A stretch of 64,000 nucleotides of DNA from Antedon mediterranea (taxonomy: Eukaryota > Animalia > Echinodermata). Under the pieces are notes generated by a model, which was given only the letters and a program-made list of their open reading frames with translations, ran no database searches and was not told the origin of the DNA. The DNA lies in assembly GCF_964355755.1 (NCBI RefSeq), contig NC_092671.1, forward strand, positions 25,680,070 to 25,744,069, written 5' to 3'. Below, piece by piece: positions 12,170 to 26,230 of the stretch; positions within the stretch are counted from its first letter, which is position 1, and every line of letters starts with the position of its first letter. The position numbers and the translations under genes were made by a program.

Positions 12170-12425
12170 ACCCACACATGTGAAAACGCCCACAAATGTG
12201 AAAACAATCACAAATGTGAAAACGCATCACCCGCAAATATGAAAACAACCACAAATGTAAAAACCATCACCCACAAATGTGAAAACAACCATAAATGTAA
12301 ACACGCATCACCCAAAAATGTGAAAACAGCGCCCACAAATGTGAAAACGATCAGCCCCACAAATATGATAACGCCCACAAATATTTTTTAAAAGAGACAC
12401 CTTTTCGCCCACAAATGTAAAAACA
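12170..12425. repeat. Array of ~12 CCCACAAATGTGAAAAC motifs, probably transposon subterminal repeats
   Basis: 17-bp motif with mostly 0-7 nt linkers. Confidence 0.8.
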
Positions 12426-13135
12426 ATTCAAATCAAATTTATTGCTAGGCCCAACAATTTTTTATCGGGTTAATGTTAATGTATTTATACCGTATACATT
12501 GTATTGAGTTGTTTCAATAATTATGTATTCATAATAGGCCTGTTGGGTCGTCGTTAACGCGTTGGACTATTACCATTTGCTGCTCGTGCGCGCTATATTT
12601 GCATGTTAACTCGTTGGTTTAATGTATACGTAATAGTTCAAAAGGATATATGTGATTTGCTGCGCGCGTGCACGATACTTCAAGATCAAGGCCATGTTAT
12701 ATCATTGTTACTTGTACTGCAGTTTGTAGTTAACTCGTTGGCTTACTATTATATAGTTCCAAGTTGATGTTAGGGCCCGTTTATGAACAGCAAGTATCCG
12801 GATAACTTGTCATCTTTTGGGGTCATTAATCATGACTTAACGACCCTTAATGACTTTTTTTAGTACTACCACCTGGGTTATCCGGACCAATTTCAGCCCG
12901 GCAAATTTGGAGGGTTGGCTTGTCCTCAGGGCACATTCATTTAGACTAGACAAAAAGTAGTGAGCCCTCTAACGGTCATTTGTGATTTCTGAGATTCATC
13001 GAAGCGCGACAACATCACCCGGAAATGATGTGAATTTAAAATTTTAATAGGGTTAAACTCTTTTAACCAATTGAAAGCCTTAAATTATAGTTCCTTATGA
13101 ATAATTCATGAGAATAATTAAAGCAAGGGTTGAAG

Positions 13136-13589
13136 CAAAGATTATATAGCGCCGCTACGCGGCGCAAGATAGGTAACTGTTGCCAAGCTCCTATCTTATA
13201 ACACTACGCGCCCAGTAAATCCATGGACGCCATTCGGGCGGACAGGTTATTATTGTGATTTAAATGTAAATGGTTTAAAGTTTGCGGTCCGCCTCGAAGT
13301 ATCTGTGGTTAACCATCTTTATGATTGATTCTTGGAAAAGGGAAGAAATTATGTAAACAAAGTAAAATAAAAGTTTCTTTGGGATCTGGACACTTTCCGA
13401 TTAATTCTGTGTGTTTACATTGATATGTTTGGTTAGACAACTTCGTTCTTTAACCAAAACATCGTGGATATTGCCTTGACAACGACTTTATTCCGGTTCA
13501 AACTTGTCCGCCGGAATGGCGTCCATGGATTACAAAGGTCTCACCCAGTTACCTATCTTGCGCCGCGTAGCGGCGCTATACAATCTTTG
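13136..13589. mobile_element. P-superfamily MITE (~44-bp TIRs, 7-bp TSD GTTGAAG)
   Basis: CAAAGATTATATAGCGCCGCTACGCGGCGCAAGATAGGTAACTG with its inverted copy at 13546-13589. A second internal inverted pair is AATCCATGGACGCCATTC. TSDs are at 13129-13135 and 13590-13596. Confidence 0.88.
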
Positions 13590-15869
13590 GTTGAAGAAGA
13601 AGCATGTGACTTGGTTTTTGGAACAGGATAGCAGTTATGAGCGTGTCAGGTAATCATTAAATTTGCTCTTCTTTTTGTTAGATTTTATACGGTTTTTATC
13701 AATAATAATATTGTACATTTTTACGAGACCATAACAAAATTCCTCAATTTTTGAGTAAACGAGTGACTAAATAAAAAGTTACTATGTAATGTAAATATTC
13801 GTTTGACAAAAAATGGGCATGTTGATATTTTCAGGTATTTTTTAAATGGCGATTGAAATAGGTAAACAAATCACATGTAACGGTGGTTTGTGCGAAGCTG
13901 GGCCTAGCCTTGATGGTCCAACGCGTACTGCGTGTTAATCAATGCGTATAAGATACACACGTAGTCGTTTAGGCCAATTTTTTTACATGTTTATTTATTA
14001 ATATTAGGCCCCATTCTCATTTATTTTAATTAATGTACTGAATGTACCACACTTTACAACTCTATATAAATTAGATTTTGTACTTGTATTAAATTCAAAC
14101 GTTTTATGGGATTTAAAACATTAAGCTAGGCCTTGTAGTAGGCCTAGGACCACATGCTAGGTTTTTCAGCCTAATTTATCATGCAGTAGGCCTATACCTC
14201 TAGCCCATCTTTCAAATACATATTTAAATTAACATACTTTTTATATTTCTATATTTTTTATAGGATCTGACTCCAGAAAACATTTGCATCACTTGAAACC
14301 GGCTATTTATGGACAGCATGTTGACATTAAAAAAAATTTGACCAGCTCTTATTAATTAAATGTCTTTTAAATTAAAGGTTTTCATTATAATGAAATGTAC
14401 GGTGACAGAAATTTAAATGATTCTCATAATTGAGGTTTCTCATAGATTTAATATTGAAGGTAAATAAATAAAGCTGTTTGTTATTCTTGCCTTTAGAAAT
14501 AAACATGTTGTTAGTACTATATTATTAGGCCTAGGCCATTATACAAATTAAAACTAAAAAAATACAGTAATCATATTTAAGGCCTACACAGCAGTACCTT
14601 ACTTGATTTGATTTTTTTCAAATATTTAATTGATGAAATAAATGAGTTTGACTTTTCAATTAGTTGCCATTTTATTAGTTTCTGTGTGTTTTTATTTATA
14701 TTCTTAAAATAATTGTATACAACAACTTTAAAGTATTGCGCAGAAGTGATCAAATTATAGTAGGCCTATTTGTATGTTATTGTCGCTTAAAATTATGCAG
14801 TTAAAGCATTTGATTTTAGGGTGACAGAAACGGTTAGGCAAGAAAAGAATTGTAAAAACAATTAAACATAATTTACCCCTAATGCATGTATATGTAGAAA
14901 ACATTGCTTATGTTAGCGCGACCGAAACTCGCTACTGGGAATAGAGCCTGCAAAAGCGACGCGTACACACCTACTCGGGCACCGGCGGAGCGCGATCGAT
15001 AGTAAATATACCCGATTTCAAATGATCATAAAATTCTTTTAAAAAATATCAACATTTTGATTTTTTGAGGATTAAAAGTAAAGATATTGAAATTTAACAT
15101 AATATTTACAAATATGTATTTAAAAATTCGGAAACAATTTTAGCGTGATATTAAATTAAAGTTTTTAGAGTTCCGCGATTTCCTACGCAGGATTTGTTTG
15201 TTTTCATTGTTAATGGGCGAATGTTACCTAAACTAGAATCGTTATAAATCTTTTAAATTTGTATTATAAGTAATTTCTTTAGTATTCTTAGTAACATCGA
15301 ATGTTTCTAATTAACTAGCAGTTATTTATACTAACTATTGTTCAATAATAAGCATGTATGAAGTGAAAATCTATAGTAATAATGTTCTAATAGTGTAAGT
15401 CTTCGGGTTTCTCAATACAATTCTCAGCGGTAAAGATAGGCTCGCGCTAATGTTTAAATCAAAAGCGCTCTCAAAACACTTTTTGTCCAAAATTCGCAAT
15501 ATGACGTGAGTGTGAGGGGAGTTGAAGGCGACCTTGTCAGGAGAGACCTCTGGAATATCCAGATACTTTAAATGTTCATAAACACAACCTTAGATGTTTT
15601 TTTGCGCGCACAGTACAATCTACAATGTCAAGGTTAAATTGCTATTTGTATGTATAGTGTGTGGTAAAATATTTCTTTTGTAAAAATTATTTTAAATGGA
15701 ACGTTACAACAATAATCCTCCGCTTCATCAGTGCATGAATACCTAATAATAGTGAATAGTGAGGGATTAGTTACAGTGTTGACTTTAAATAATAACATTT
15801 AACTGAAAATCAAAATTCATTGTACACGCATTGCATTGTAAATACATAGGATCGACAATATAGTATACT

Positions 15870-16190
15870 CATACATTTCCCTACCTAAGATAGAGTAAGC
15901 CTACTATAAAGTTACATAGCTTTATATCGCATAAACAGTGCTGCTAAATTAACATTTTACAGAAGCATAATATGACAAAATGCCACCTCCTGTGTTTAAA
16001 ATTAAATATCCTTTCATTTGAGACAAAACACGATGATTTTAGATTCGTTGACAGATTGGCCTTCGAATTGTCTAATTTTGGGTTACTATTTATTTCAACA
16101 AAGATGACCTGTTAAGAGCATTTGCATACATACATTGGCCTCCTATCGGTATCTGCAATGTGTAGGCCTACCCATCTTGTTTGCTACGTA
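15870..16190. repeat. Uninterrupted copy of the repeat split at 2548-4125
   Basis: Contiguous match to both halves. Confidence 0.75.
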
Positions 16191-16454
16191 CGTATTTCTA
16201 TTTAAATTAAAGATCTTAATAAGCTTGCGAGAAGGGTGCATGAACAAATATTGGTCTTGACGGCTTACTTATAGGCCTAGAGTAAAATATGAATTGGATT
16301 ATAAATGACGTAATCATTTATTGAACACAATAATATATTTTCTACTTTCATTTTTTTTATGACGTTAACTTATGAATAGACAAATAAATAAAGTGGCACT
16401 TAACAATAACATTTTTTTTTTTAATATGTAGGTCAAGAGTGCAGAAATTTCGAT

Positions 16455-19400
16455 ATGTTTTCGAAGTCGAATTGTTTCTTCACACTGACAGGAACTTGCT
16501 GTTTCATGCTTATTTTGGTAAAATGCTTATTGGTTTTTATTTTTCCGATAGATTTTCACTGCTATTGACAATGTTGGGAGATTTTTTATGTTGATATTTT
16601 GTCATGCTATGACACAGCAATGATGGTATAACATGTCAGTGACTGTACAGTAGTTTGCTGTAAGCCAACCAATGTGCTGATATGATTTATGTTGCAGTGT
16701 CTGTATATATTGATATGTGTTATTGTGCTACTGTGTCCAGGGGATTAATTTGACTGCTGTATTTCTGAAGGGTTGCTTGTACCTTTAAAATCACTGCTTA
16801 AGCTGCTAATTTTCCTGAAGCAAAGTCAGCTGCACACTAATCACCTGCTATTTTGCTAAAAGACTTCTACCTTTGAAATCATTACAAGCTGCTAATTTTT
16901 CTGAATCAAAATCCAGCTGTAATGTATGCTAATCAACTGATTGGTTTTCTGTGTATTATACAGTATTCCAGAAAATGTAATTAAGTTATGTACCTTTTGA
17001 TACAATATATTATTTTTAATTATCTATCAACTACCAACCTAAACTAATATAATCCTCTAAACCATCTACAGATCTTAAATAATCTCTCTTAATTCAACCA
17101 ACAAATTAACCTTAAAAAATAATAATATTCTCAATAAACTGAACATAAAGGCCCTGTCACATCTTGACGATTTAGACAGCAAGTCCCAAAACGTTTCAAA
17201 GTTTCTCTAAAACGCTGGGATTTTCCATTTTGTACATGTACATTATGTATGTATTCATAACGAGTTGGAAGTGTACCGTATATAACGTACAAAGAACGTG
17301 CACAGAACGTTGTGATGTCTTGCTGTTGACCGACCGCGTGTCTAGAAATGTTATTGTAGTTTGTTTGTTTATGTAAGTTGTCTGTTGTCATTCATCATAG
17401 GAAATTCATTGTATGTATTTTATGATTTTCCAAATAACTTCAAATCAAATCAACTGATTCATTCTCCTCCCCTTTTACCATCTTTATTAGTTACTGGGTT
17501 TATCAATTACACGTAGATTTTCGTTTTTCTTACCCACGCCTCACACCTGCACCTTCACCCTCTGTGATAATGTTAAATTTCTGGACCACAGGGCATGTAT
17601 TTGTGACAAATACTGGTTATAAATAATTAAACGCTGTCCATACGGTAGCTATAAGTTAGAAATTCTTTGCGTTAGACGGTAGTTCGGAACACGTCAGGCA
17701 CGCCTATATGCGTCAATATAAATTGGAAATAAGTTTGAGAGACACGTTAACCATGAGTTCAAAACATTTTAATCATGAGTTAAAAACACTTTCTTTGTAC
17801 GCTGGAATATTATCATGGAGTAACATACGAACGTGTTTCAGCACTTGTAGACTACTTATAACGTATATCATGCGGAACGTATGAATCATTCGTCGAGTAA
17901 TGTTGTGTATGCACACCATTCTTCGGCGTGCTTGGCGTATTGGACGTAGTACAGTGCAGTAGCATGCTCATAACGTATACGAAATTGACGTTGAGCGTAC
18001 TAACGTAAGTCAGCGTATTCCTTTGATTCGTCATACGTCGTGATACTAAATCGTCAAGGTGTGACCTCATTCAATTATTAAATTGACTCAACCCTCTTTA
18101 AAAGCTATTAACAGCTAACATTCTAAATAGTCTCTCAACTATCATTCAAGTGAAAACCCCTGACAACCCTTAGTAGTTCCATTAGCAGGTTGCAGCACAA
18201 AATACCAACGCACAATATTAAAAATATTCTTTAAATAATAATTAGATTTGGAAAGTACCAGTTTATGGACCTACTAGTACTGCATACAATCGACCAAAGT
18301 TCCGGGACAAAGTAAGTATATACTAAATAAAATTAGAAGATATGGATGGCGCCCATAGTCAAACGTTATTTTGACACCAAAACTGTTTAATTATACTTAC
18401 TGATTGGCTGTCAACATGATAATTATTTTTAAAATATTTTTTTTTTGAAAAATAGCCAACTTGGGTGAGTATGTTGTTCCCATGACACAGCAATTCGGAA
18501 CTATCCATATCCGAAGTATTTCAACCTTAAAGCCTAGTAATTTTGTACCATTTTATCAGTCAATTTCAGTTTCTTCTACGGAGAAAACGGTAACAGAGGC
18601 ATTAAAAAGCAGAAACCAAACGGTAACAGAGGCATTAATAAGCAAAAACCAAACGCATAAGCCAGAAACACAAAATAATTACGAAGGAATGATCGATGTA
18701 AAGAATACAGTTTATCGTTTGAAGAACCCAGACATACCTGTCAAAGTTGGTGATTTCTTCAGTTTAATCATACAGACTCGCGATAGATTTGGTCGAAATT
18801 GTACAAGAGGAGGTGATTTTTTCTATACAACGATCAATTCAAAAACAAAAACCAAGAGCAACAATGCGGCAGGAAAAATAACAGACTTTAAAAATGGTAC
18901 ATATGAAGTGTTGTTTTTCGCTGGTTGGCCGGGTGTCATTGGTATAAGCATAATACTTGTACATCCATCTGAAGCGGTAGATTTTATTGAAGAGATAATT
19001 TGGCCTATGGAAAAAAGAATAAGGTGGAAAGGATTTTTCCAAAGAAAAAGAGCAGAAGTGACAGACTGCAGTTTCAGTAAAACTACATTGCTTAATAAGT
19101 GTAACTACAGTCATCCACTAGCTTTGGGAGAAACTGCATTTTATTGCGATAAACCAAACGTGTCTTCGTGCGATAGTTTGAGTTGGCTTAAATCAGACGG
19201 ATCTCATGTCATTGGACTCTTCTCCAAGATATACTCATCTTATCAGTTACCTTTTATGTAAGTATAACACACTTGTTAACCAGATGACATCTTTCTCTCT
19301 CTTGGCATCTCCCTCCTAGTCTTTTCCTCTTTTTCTCTCCTTTTCTCTCTCTTTCTCTTTCCCCCTCCCTTCTCTCATTTTCTCCCTATTTATGTTTCTT

Positions 19401-21919
19401 TATCTCCTTCTCTAATTGTCTCTCTCTTTCTCTCACTTTCTGTTTCTTTTTGCTCCTTTCCGTTTTTATTTTTTTCGCTCCTTCGTTTCTCTTTTAGTTT
19501 TCTTTTCGTTTCGTTTCCTCTTTTCGTCTTCTTTCCTTTTTCGTTTTTTTTTTATCTTTCGTTTTCTTTCCTTTTTCGTTTATTTTCTTTTTTTAGCTTA
19601 CGTTCCTTTTCCGTTTTCTTTCATTTTTAGTCGCGTGGAAGCGACTCTATAGTTCACTATGTCGGTCGGTCTGTCGGTCTGTCTGTCTGTCTGTCGGTCC
19701 GGTATCACTATGCATTTTATCGCTTTCTGACCTTATCTTGATATCAGTTTAGTCTAGCTAGGTCAATTTTTCACAGTATATTCCTTATGGCCAGGAATCA
19801 ATGTGGTTATGTTTTCACGGTGCGCAATAAAAAATTACGCGGTCTACGCACGATTTAACGAAATCACGTTTGTAATCATATCTTCACAACCATGAATCAC
19901 AATTAAATAAAATTTGGTACTCATAAATTTCAGGGCATAAATCATCATATGGCAATACAATTACGTGCGTATCGCATGTAACGCATGCGTACGCGCGCTT
20001 AAAATTTTCAAAATTTATTTTCGATGAAATAAGAGTACATTTCAGGCAATTTTAAGCGTTTACAAAATTGCCATGAGTGCGCATATTTTTGCGCGCGCAC
20101 TGCGCGTTAAATGTTATTACGCACTCTTTTTGCCCGATTTCTGTTTTCTTGACTTACTTTTCAACTCGAAATTACGTTATACGAGCACGTCGAAAGTGAC
20201 AGGCTACGCACGTGTAAATTAAAAAAATATAAATGTTTTTAAACATTTCAACATTTTTAAACATGTTCAGTAATTTCGGTCAGTATAGTTCACTATGTCG
20301 GTCGGTCTGTCTGTCTGTCGGTCTGTCGGTCTGTCTGTCTGTCTGTCGGTCTGTCTGTCTGTCGGTCCGGTATCACTACGCATTGTAGCACGCGACTTAA
20401 TGGCTGTTGGCCTTGTTTAGTTTTCTTTCCCTTTTTATTTTCATTTTTTTTTCATTTACTTTTCTTTTTCATTTTCCTTAACTGTTTTTCTTTATAGATT
20501 ATTCATTATCGTGTTAATTGTTATTCTTCGTATTATATTAGGTATAAATGGTTTGGAAACATATCCTTTTAACGAAATTTATTTGAAATTGTACAAATTT
20601 ATATTTCTTTTAAAATAGGAATGTTGCCTATGCACGTTTGCTTGGCGGTATACAATTACTCAAAATCAGCCAAGAAGGTAACGACATGTTTTTTTAAAAT
20701 TTCAACAAGGTGGAAGAGTATAGAAACTTTATTTCTGGAATTAAATTGTCTAGTAGCAAACCTAAATTGAATTAATACTGATTTTAGCATTATGAATTCC
20801 ATGTCCTCTTTTCCCATAGTTTTAACCTATAAATATAAATTATGATCACAATGAAATTATTAGTAGATTTATATGGTTAGGCCTACATCTAAAATTCTAT
20901 CCTGATTACCATATTTATTCCCGCCTTATATATATACGGTAGTAATTCTTTTTTTCCAAATTCTATTTTCAATTTTAATCAACATGTTGTACGGTGGTAA
21001 TTTTTATTACTTAACTCAAAATATTTTTGTAACATAACTGTTTTTATGATCTGTATGTGTTTTTAATGTGACAATGCCAACCAGGAAAGCAAATGTCAAA
21101 TGCAATTATTCGACGAATAAATAAATATCTTATCTTATATATCTTATAGGAAATTCGACATTTATGAGGAACCTGACATTACCGGAATGCAAGAAAGATT
21201 TATCCAGACCTCTCAACGATGGGTTCTGGACCAATAACGTATGGACCTCATTACAATGTCAGACAAAGCAATGGACAAAACAAGAAATTATTAAATGCAT
21301 GAAAGGAAGACACATGGTCTTAATGGGTGATTCTACAACACGACAATGGGTAGAATATCTGTTGCCAATGCTGAACATTGACAAGAGCAAAAATACTTCA
21401 AGACCTAATACTAAGCACATCCGACATCATAGTGATATCTTGACATTGGATTACTATTTCCATCCGTATGCTATAGGTAGACGTATTCAAGTCTACCGTG
21501 ATGGTGCTTGGGAGTACGAAGTTTTAGATAACCTTAATTCGAGTACTTGCAATTATGTAATAGTCGTGAGCCCATGGGCTCATTATACCCAATGGAAAAA
21601 AGAAAGTTTATTCGTCCGGTTGCATCTATTGCGGGAAACACTTATACGATTTATGAAACGCTGTCCAAACTCGCAAGTACTAATGAAGACGCCACATCCT
21701 CGCAGGCACAAGGATAAGCTTTCCCTAATGTATTCTAGTGACAGGTTATTATATGATATTTACGAGCAATATTACAGCATGTTCTGGGGTTTAGGTATTC
21801 ATATGATAGATATATGGGATATGAACCAGTCATATCCTAAAGGTAATGTTATACACATGCCGGGACCTGTTATATATCAAGAACTGTTTTTAATGTTTTC
21901 GCATATTTGTAAAGTGTGA
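16455..21919 (+). CDS. NXPE3-like: NXPE family member (NXPE3-like; type II membrane SGNH/PC-esterase O-acetyltransferase-like), ~554 aa
   Basis: Exons 16455-16517, 18246-18311, 18456-18464, 18560-19257, 20619-20677 and 21150-21919; all introns are GT-AG and phase-consistent. N-terminal hydrophobic anchor (MFSKSNCFFTLTGTCCFMLILIW). Motifs GGDFF, GKITDFKNGTYEVLF, LVHPSEAV, FYCDKP, MGDSTTRQW, IDIWDM...HMP. The first three exons are less certain than the large ones. Confidence 0.88.
19628..20416 (+). mobile_element. DINE-1/Helentron-associated (HINE)-like element in an NXPE intron
   Basis: Subterminal inverted GTCGCGTG...CACGCGAC, duplicated core 'tatagttcactatgtcggtcggtctgtc' with (GTCT/GTCG)n microsatellite, short 3' stem, T-rich insertion site. 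Confidence 0.7.
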
Positions 21920-24789
21920 ACAGATATTATCGATGTTTGTTCATTTACAAACAAACAATTAATTTTCATGGATAATGTTACATTCAACACATGGCATCAT
22001 CATATCATCGTAATACACTAAATCTGTAAAAGAGACGTACAATAAGTCAATTGATTTTTTAGTCCACAATTTTTCCTTGATAACACATTTTTAATAAACT
22101 TGAATGTTTCATCAGCCATATTTATCCACTAACTATCATTTTAAGAACAATAATATATATTTATAAGGTCAATGATGATACAGTTATTTTAACTGAAGTA
22201 TTTCTTGAATGAAATTGAAACACTTTGTATAATCCGGTTTACATTTAAATAAAGGAAAAACTAAAGGGCTAAATAAATAAACATTTAGTTTAGGCATTTA
22301 CGTTGGATATGTTACAAAATGTATGTGAAAAAAAGAATTGGGATGATAAGTAATTGATATAGAAGAAGTTTGGGGAAAACGAAACCTGGCTTTTTCTTTA
22401 TTTTGATATAGTATTATACCATTATACAACATTGTTACTACAGTCATATTAATACTAAAGATCAGAACAATAAAATACATCCCAGTTATCTTTTCAATCT
22501 AATATACATAATTATATACATATCAATCAATATAAAAAAAAATGTCCTTCCTTTGAAGAAAAAAAGTATTTTTAGCAATTTACTGCTAGAACATTCTTAT
22601 AACGACATAAATAATTAATGGTGATATTGATATTAATACATTAATAGTAATATACCGTATTCGCAATATGAGCTAAAATCATTAAATGTAAATGCAATAA
22701 AATTCTCAAATAAATAATACGTATCTTTTAATATAATTTTAAATTGAATCCAGAGGTTTTTACAGACTGGCTTATTTTGCTCAGTTAAGATTTTTACTGT
22801 GTAAATAACGTAAACCGCAATCATACGGTACTAGGCCTATATGATTTTCGCGTCGCGCCTTTAGGCAGTTATATTCCCAGAGGACATAAGAATTAAGAAG
22901 CAGTTACCACACGCGAAGTTTTAGTAGGCCTACTACAGCTGACAAAAATGATAATTTGTAAACTCGACTAATTTATGGGTACATGCTCGACGACCAAAAG
23001 CACGTATTGGCAAGTAGTATAGTCTGTCTGTTGTGGGCTTGCTGTCAACCCAAAGCACGTCTAAAATGTTAGTTTTTATTTGGTTTTATAGGTACGTTAT
23101 ATGATTGGTCAATATTGACATTTGACCCTTAATCACAACAATTTTTTTTTCATAAGGTGATTGAATTGACACCTATAATCATAAACATGTAATAAAAGAC
23201 CAAATTGTGCTTCAATAAATTTGTTATGATAATACATATACATACTACATTGTTGTAATTGGTCAATTTTGAAATTTGACCCCTTATATCTCGAAAATGC
23301 TTCCTATCCTGATCGATTACCTTCCATATTCGTAATCTACGGAAAATTCTGGTCTAGATAAGTTGGATGGCAATTTGTCCCCTTCCGGGTGGTGATCCTG
23401 TCACCGGACTAAGTACTATTTAATTATAGTTTAGTTTATGATTATATTTTTGTTCTGTAGAGTAGGACGGACTATAATTTAGGTTAGGCCTACAAAAAAA
23501 TCTTTATTACTGATTGTTAAACAAAAATAATTGCTAGTAAATCATTATAAGAAAGAGCAATGTTTAAAACTGTCAATAAGTCGAGCGGCGTTTTTCTGTA
23601 AGAAATATTTCTTGTTTATTTTACAGTTAAACCCTACTGCTGTTTTCTTGCTGTTGGAATATAGTGTGTTACGTCTACAACAATAACACCCTCTCGTCTT
23701 TAATGTGGCCACAATTGTCACATTCGTTACTACTGTATTTTCACTTTCTAGTTATGTATACAGTTGTTTATTATTATGAGCAATAGCATTCAGTAATTTT
23801 TAGTTTAATTGTGCAAACTAGGGAAGAGTTAAGGGAAGTCTTCCTTGTGCATACCTTTTTTTTTCACTTGTAACTTTTCTTTGCCAGACCTCAAAGCAAT
23901 TGATGTCCTAATTTAATATGTTATTCCATGTGTGGTTTTTGGTTGAATAAATACAGTGTATAGTAATAAATACAGATCATTTATTTTATTTTGTGATTCA
24001 ATGTAATTGATAGCATTATAATCTGTAGGCCTAGGCCTATGTGTTTTTTATTTAATTTTTTCATATCATGCATTTTGTATTGTATTGGTGAAAAGGGAGG
24101 GTATTTTATATTCCTCCCTTGAGTTTATAGCCACAAACAAGATACACACAGTTGTAAGTACGATTTCAATCACGTCTTTTGCCATGTTTCATTTATACAA
24201 TTTAATTAACACCTTATTTTAAATGGTAAAGAAAGAAAATATAGTTTAATATTGAAACCAATCATTTTATAATGATATGTATTATATTACATCATATATT
24301 TTGCTTGTAAGTCTCCCCTATTTAATACAGTTGTGTAACAGCTATGAGCGCTCACTGGCTAACCCCAGAGGCCCCGGAGATTGCAGGGGCCTCTGAGCAG
24401 AACCCAGAGGAAACAACAGACTTCAAAATACGTAAAAAAGGGGCTGAAAACATCTAAGGCCTCCAGCGTTACAGGGGCCACTTAGGGTTTAATTGCTGTA
24501 GCTTACATTATAAATTATTTTCTTACTGTTTTGATAAAATAATTTACCATAATAGTAGTTGGCTGTTTTTACTAATATTTGACCTCCATATTTTATTTAT
24601 TAATTATAATATTAATTGCAGCCCATGCTTTTTCTTTTTTTATTTTAAAATCTCTGCTGGTCGAGTTAATAATGCTGCCCGGATACTGGAAATAATTCAC
24701 CTTGTCTATCTCTAGGCCTATACCATTCTGTGTTTTACTTTTCCGAATTAATTATATGATATAAATTTAGTTTTCCCTTCCTTCAGCTG

Positions 24790-26230
24790 TAGCCCAACAC
24801 TTGCAGAATACTGCAAGTCTATGTAGCAACCTTTCAGCATCACATATCAAGTCTGTGATAGGGCCAAATCATCAGCAAAGTTAGAATCCGTTATGTTTAT
24901 TGCAGGATATCCTACTACGCTGTTGTTCAAGAGTCAAACCTAGATGTTCGTATCCCACAGTAGCCATTCTTTTTCGTAATCAAGAGAAATCAGAAAAGCA
25001 TAGCGTGCCAATGTGTCCCGTTGTAGAATTTCATTCGAAATTGTGAAAAGTCAGTCTCTCCATGTGGTGTTAATACATTTGCTTCCGTTTTGTTTGTATT
25101 TTATTTCGATTATTGCGTTTACATTGCGCTTTGGGATTCCATATGCGTTAAAAAAAAAATTTCGATTTCTATCATTCGTCGATTAAATAGAGTCAAAAGC
25201 ACGCTTAACGTCTAGAAAAATTCACACTGCTTTTAGATTCTTGGACTTGATTCCTTCAATAATGCGTCGCAGTGCCAAAATCTGTGACACTGTTTACCTG
25301 CAAGGACGGAACACATTTTGATTACGACGAAGTATTGGATCAATGTGTGGTTAAATTATATTTAATAACAGTAGCTGATAAGGTGTACAATATATTATTA
25401 GACAATTCCTTTTAGATGGTGTGCTTAGATCACCTGTTTCGGTATTGGAACAATCCGATTTCGACCATTATAGTAGGGAAATCTCCTTCCAAAAGTGATT
25501 AATTGCATAATATTTTTTTTAAGAACTTCGGATTTCCAGACCTCTTATATCATCTAAACCACTGGCTTTATTTTTACCGCAGCGTTTAAGACAGGCTCTA
25601 ATTTCCTCTTCAGAGAATGACCATTTCTATTGGTAATTCTTCGTGTATTTGTCTAATAGGTTCCTAATAGGACTTTTTGATTGTATTGTGGCATTTTCAA
25701 TGTCCTTAATTTTATCCTAATATAATTTTCTTGTTTGCTTATATGTACATTTCAGTCTTTCTATTGCAATTTTATGTTGTTCACTATTTTTATTCTCATG
25801 TAATTCTTCTCTTCGTCTATTAACTATATCTCAATCTTCTCATAACTTTATGTTCCTTCTTCTTCTTCTTCTTCTTCTTTTTGAGGAATATTCAATTTAG
25901 TATATTCATTGTGAGCTAGCATTATATTATTGTCAATTGAGGTTGATGATTTTCTTCTGTCTTTGTTAAGTTTAAACTTGGCTTCTACATACTTTTGGTA
26001 TTTCTGTGACTGTAGGCCTATTTCCTTATTTTCAAAGAACTGTTCCCAATCATATCTAATTTTATATGTTAAAATTGTAGGCCTACATATTCTTAGACTA
26101 AGCCTAATATTAGCTGTCACTATCCTGTGATCCGAACCTATGACTGAGAAAGTATTAAAAGATTCAAAGTTTTTTGCGCTATTTCGTCAGTTTTTGTTAC
26201 AAAGGATGTAGTCTATTTGTGCATGCTGGT
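24790..26230 (-). mobile_element. Highly decayed RTE-clade LINE (APE + RT remnants)
   Basis: Minus-strand translations: IDYILCNKN, GSDHRIVTANIRLSLR, ILQRDTLA, FADDLAL. Many stops and frameshifts. Confidence 0.75.

Noticed and set aside
12170-12425. CRISPR-like repeat array
   Set aside because: Linkers are only a few nt rather than unique 25-45 nt spacers, there are no cas genes, and the context is eukaryotic.
11240-14330. Possible extra small exons (donors near 11266 and 13650; acceptors near 11336 and 14263)
   Set aside because: These could be NXPE 5'UTR exons, but there is no coding support and they cannot be validated without transcripts.
18461-18559. N-terminus of the 266-aa ORF as coding sequence
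   Set aside because: TTG start; better explained as intron between the GTGAGT donor (18465) and the ttttatcAG acceptor (18559).
19416-19652. 78-aa Phe-rich 'membrane protein' ORF
   Set aside because: Translation of a polypyrimidine low-complexity intron tract.
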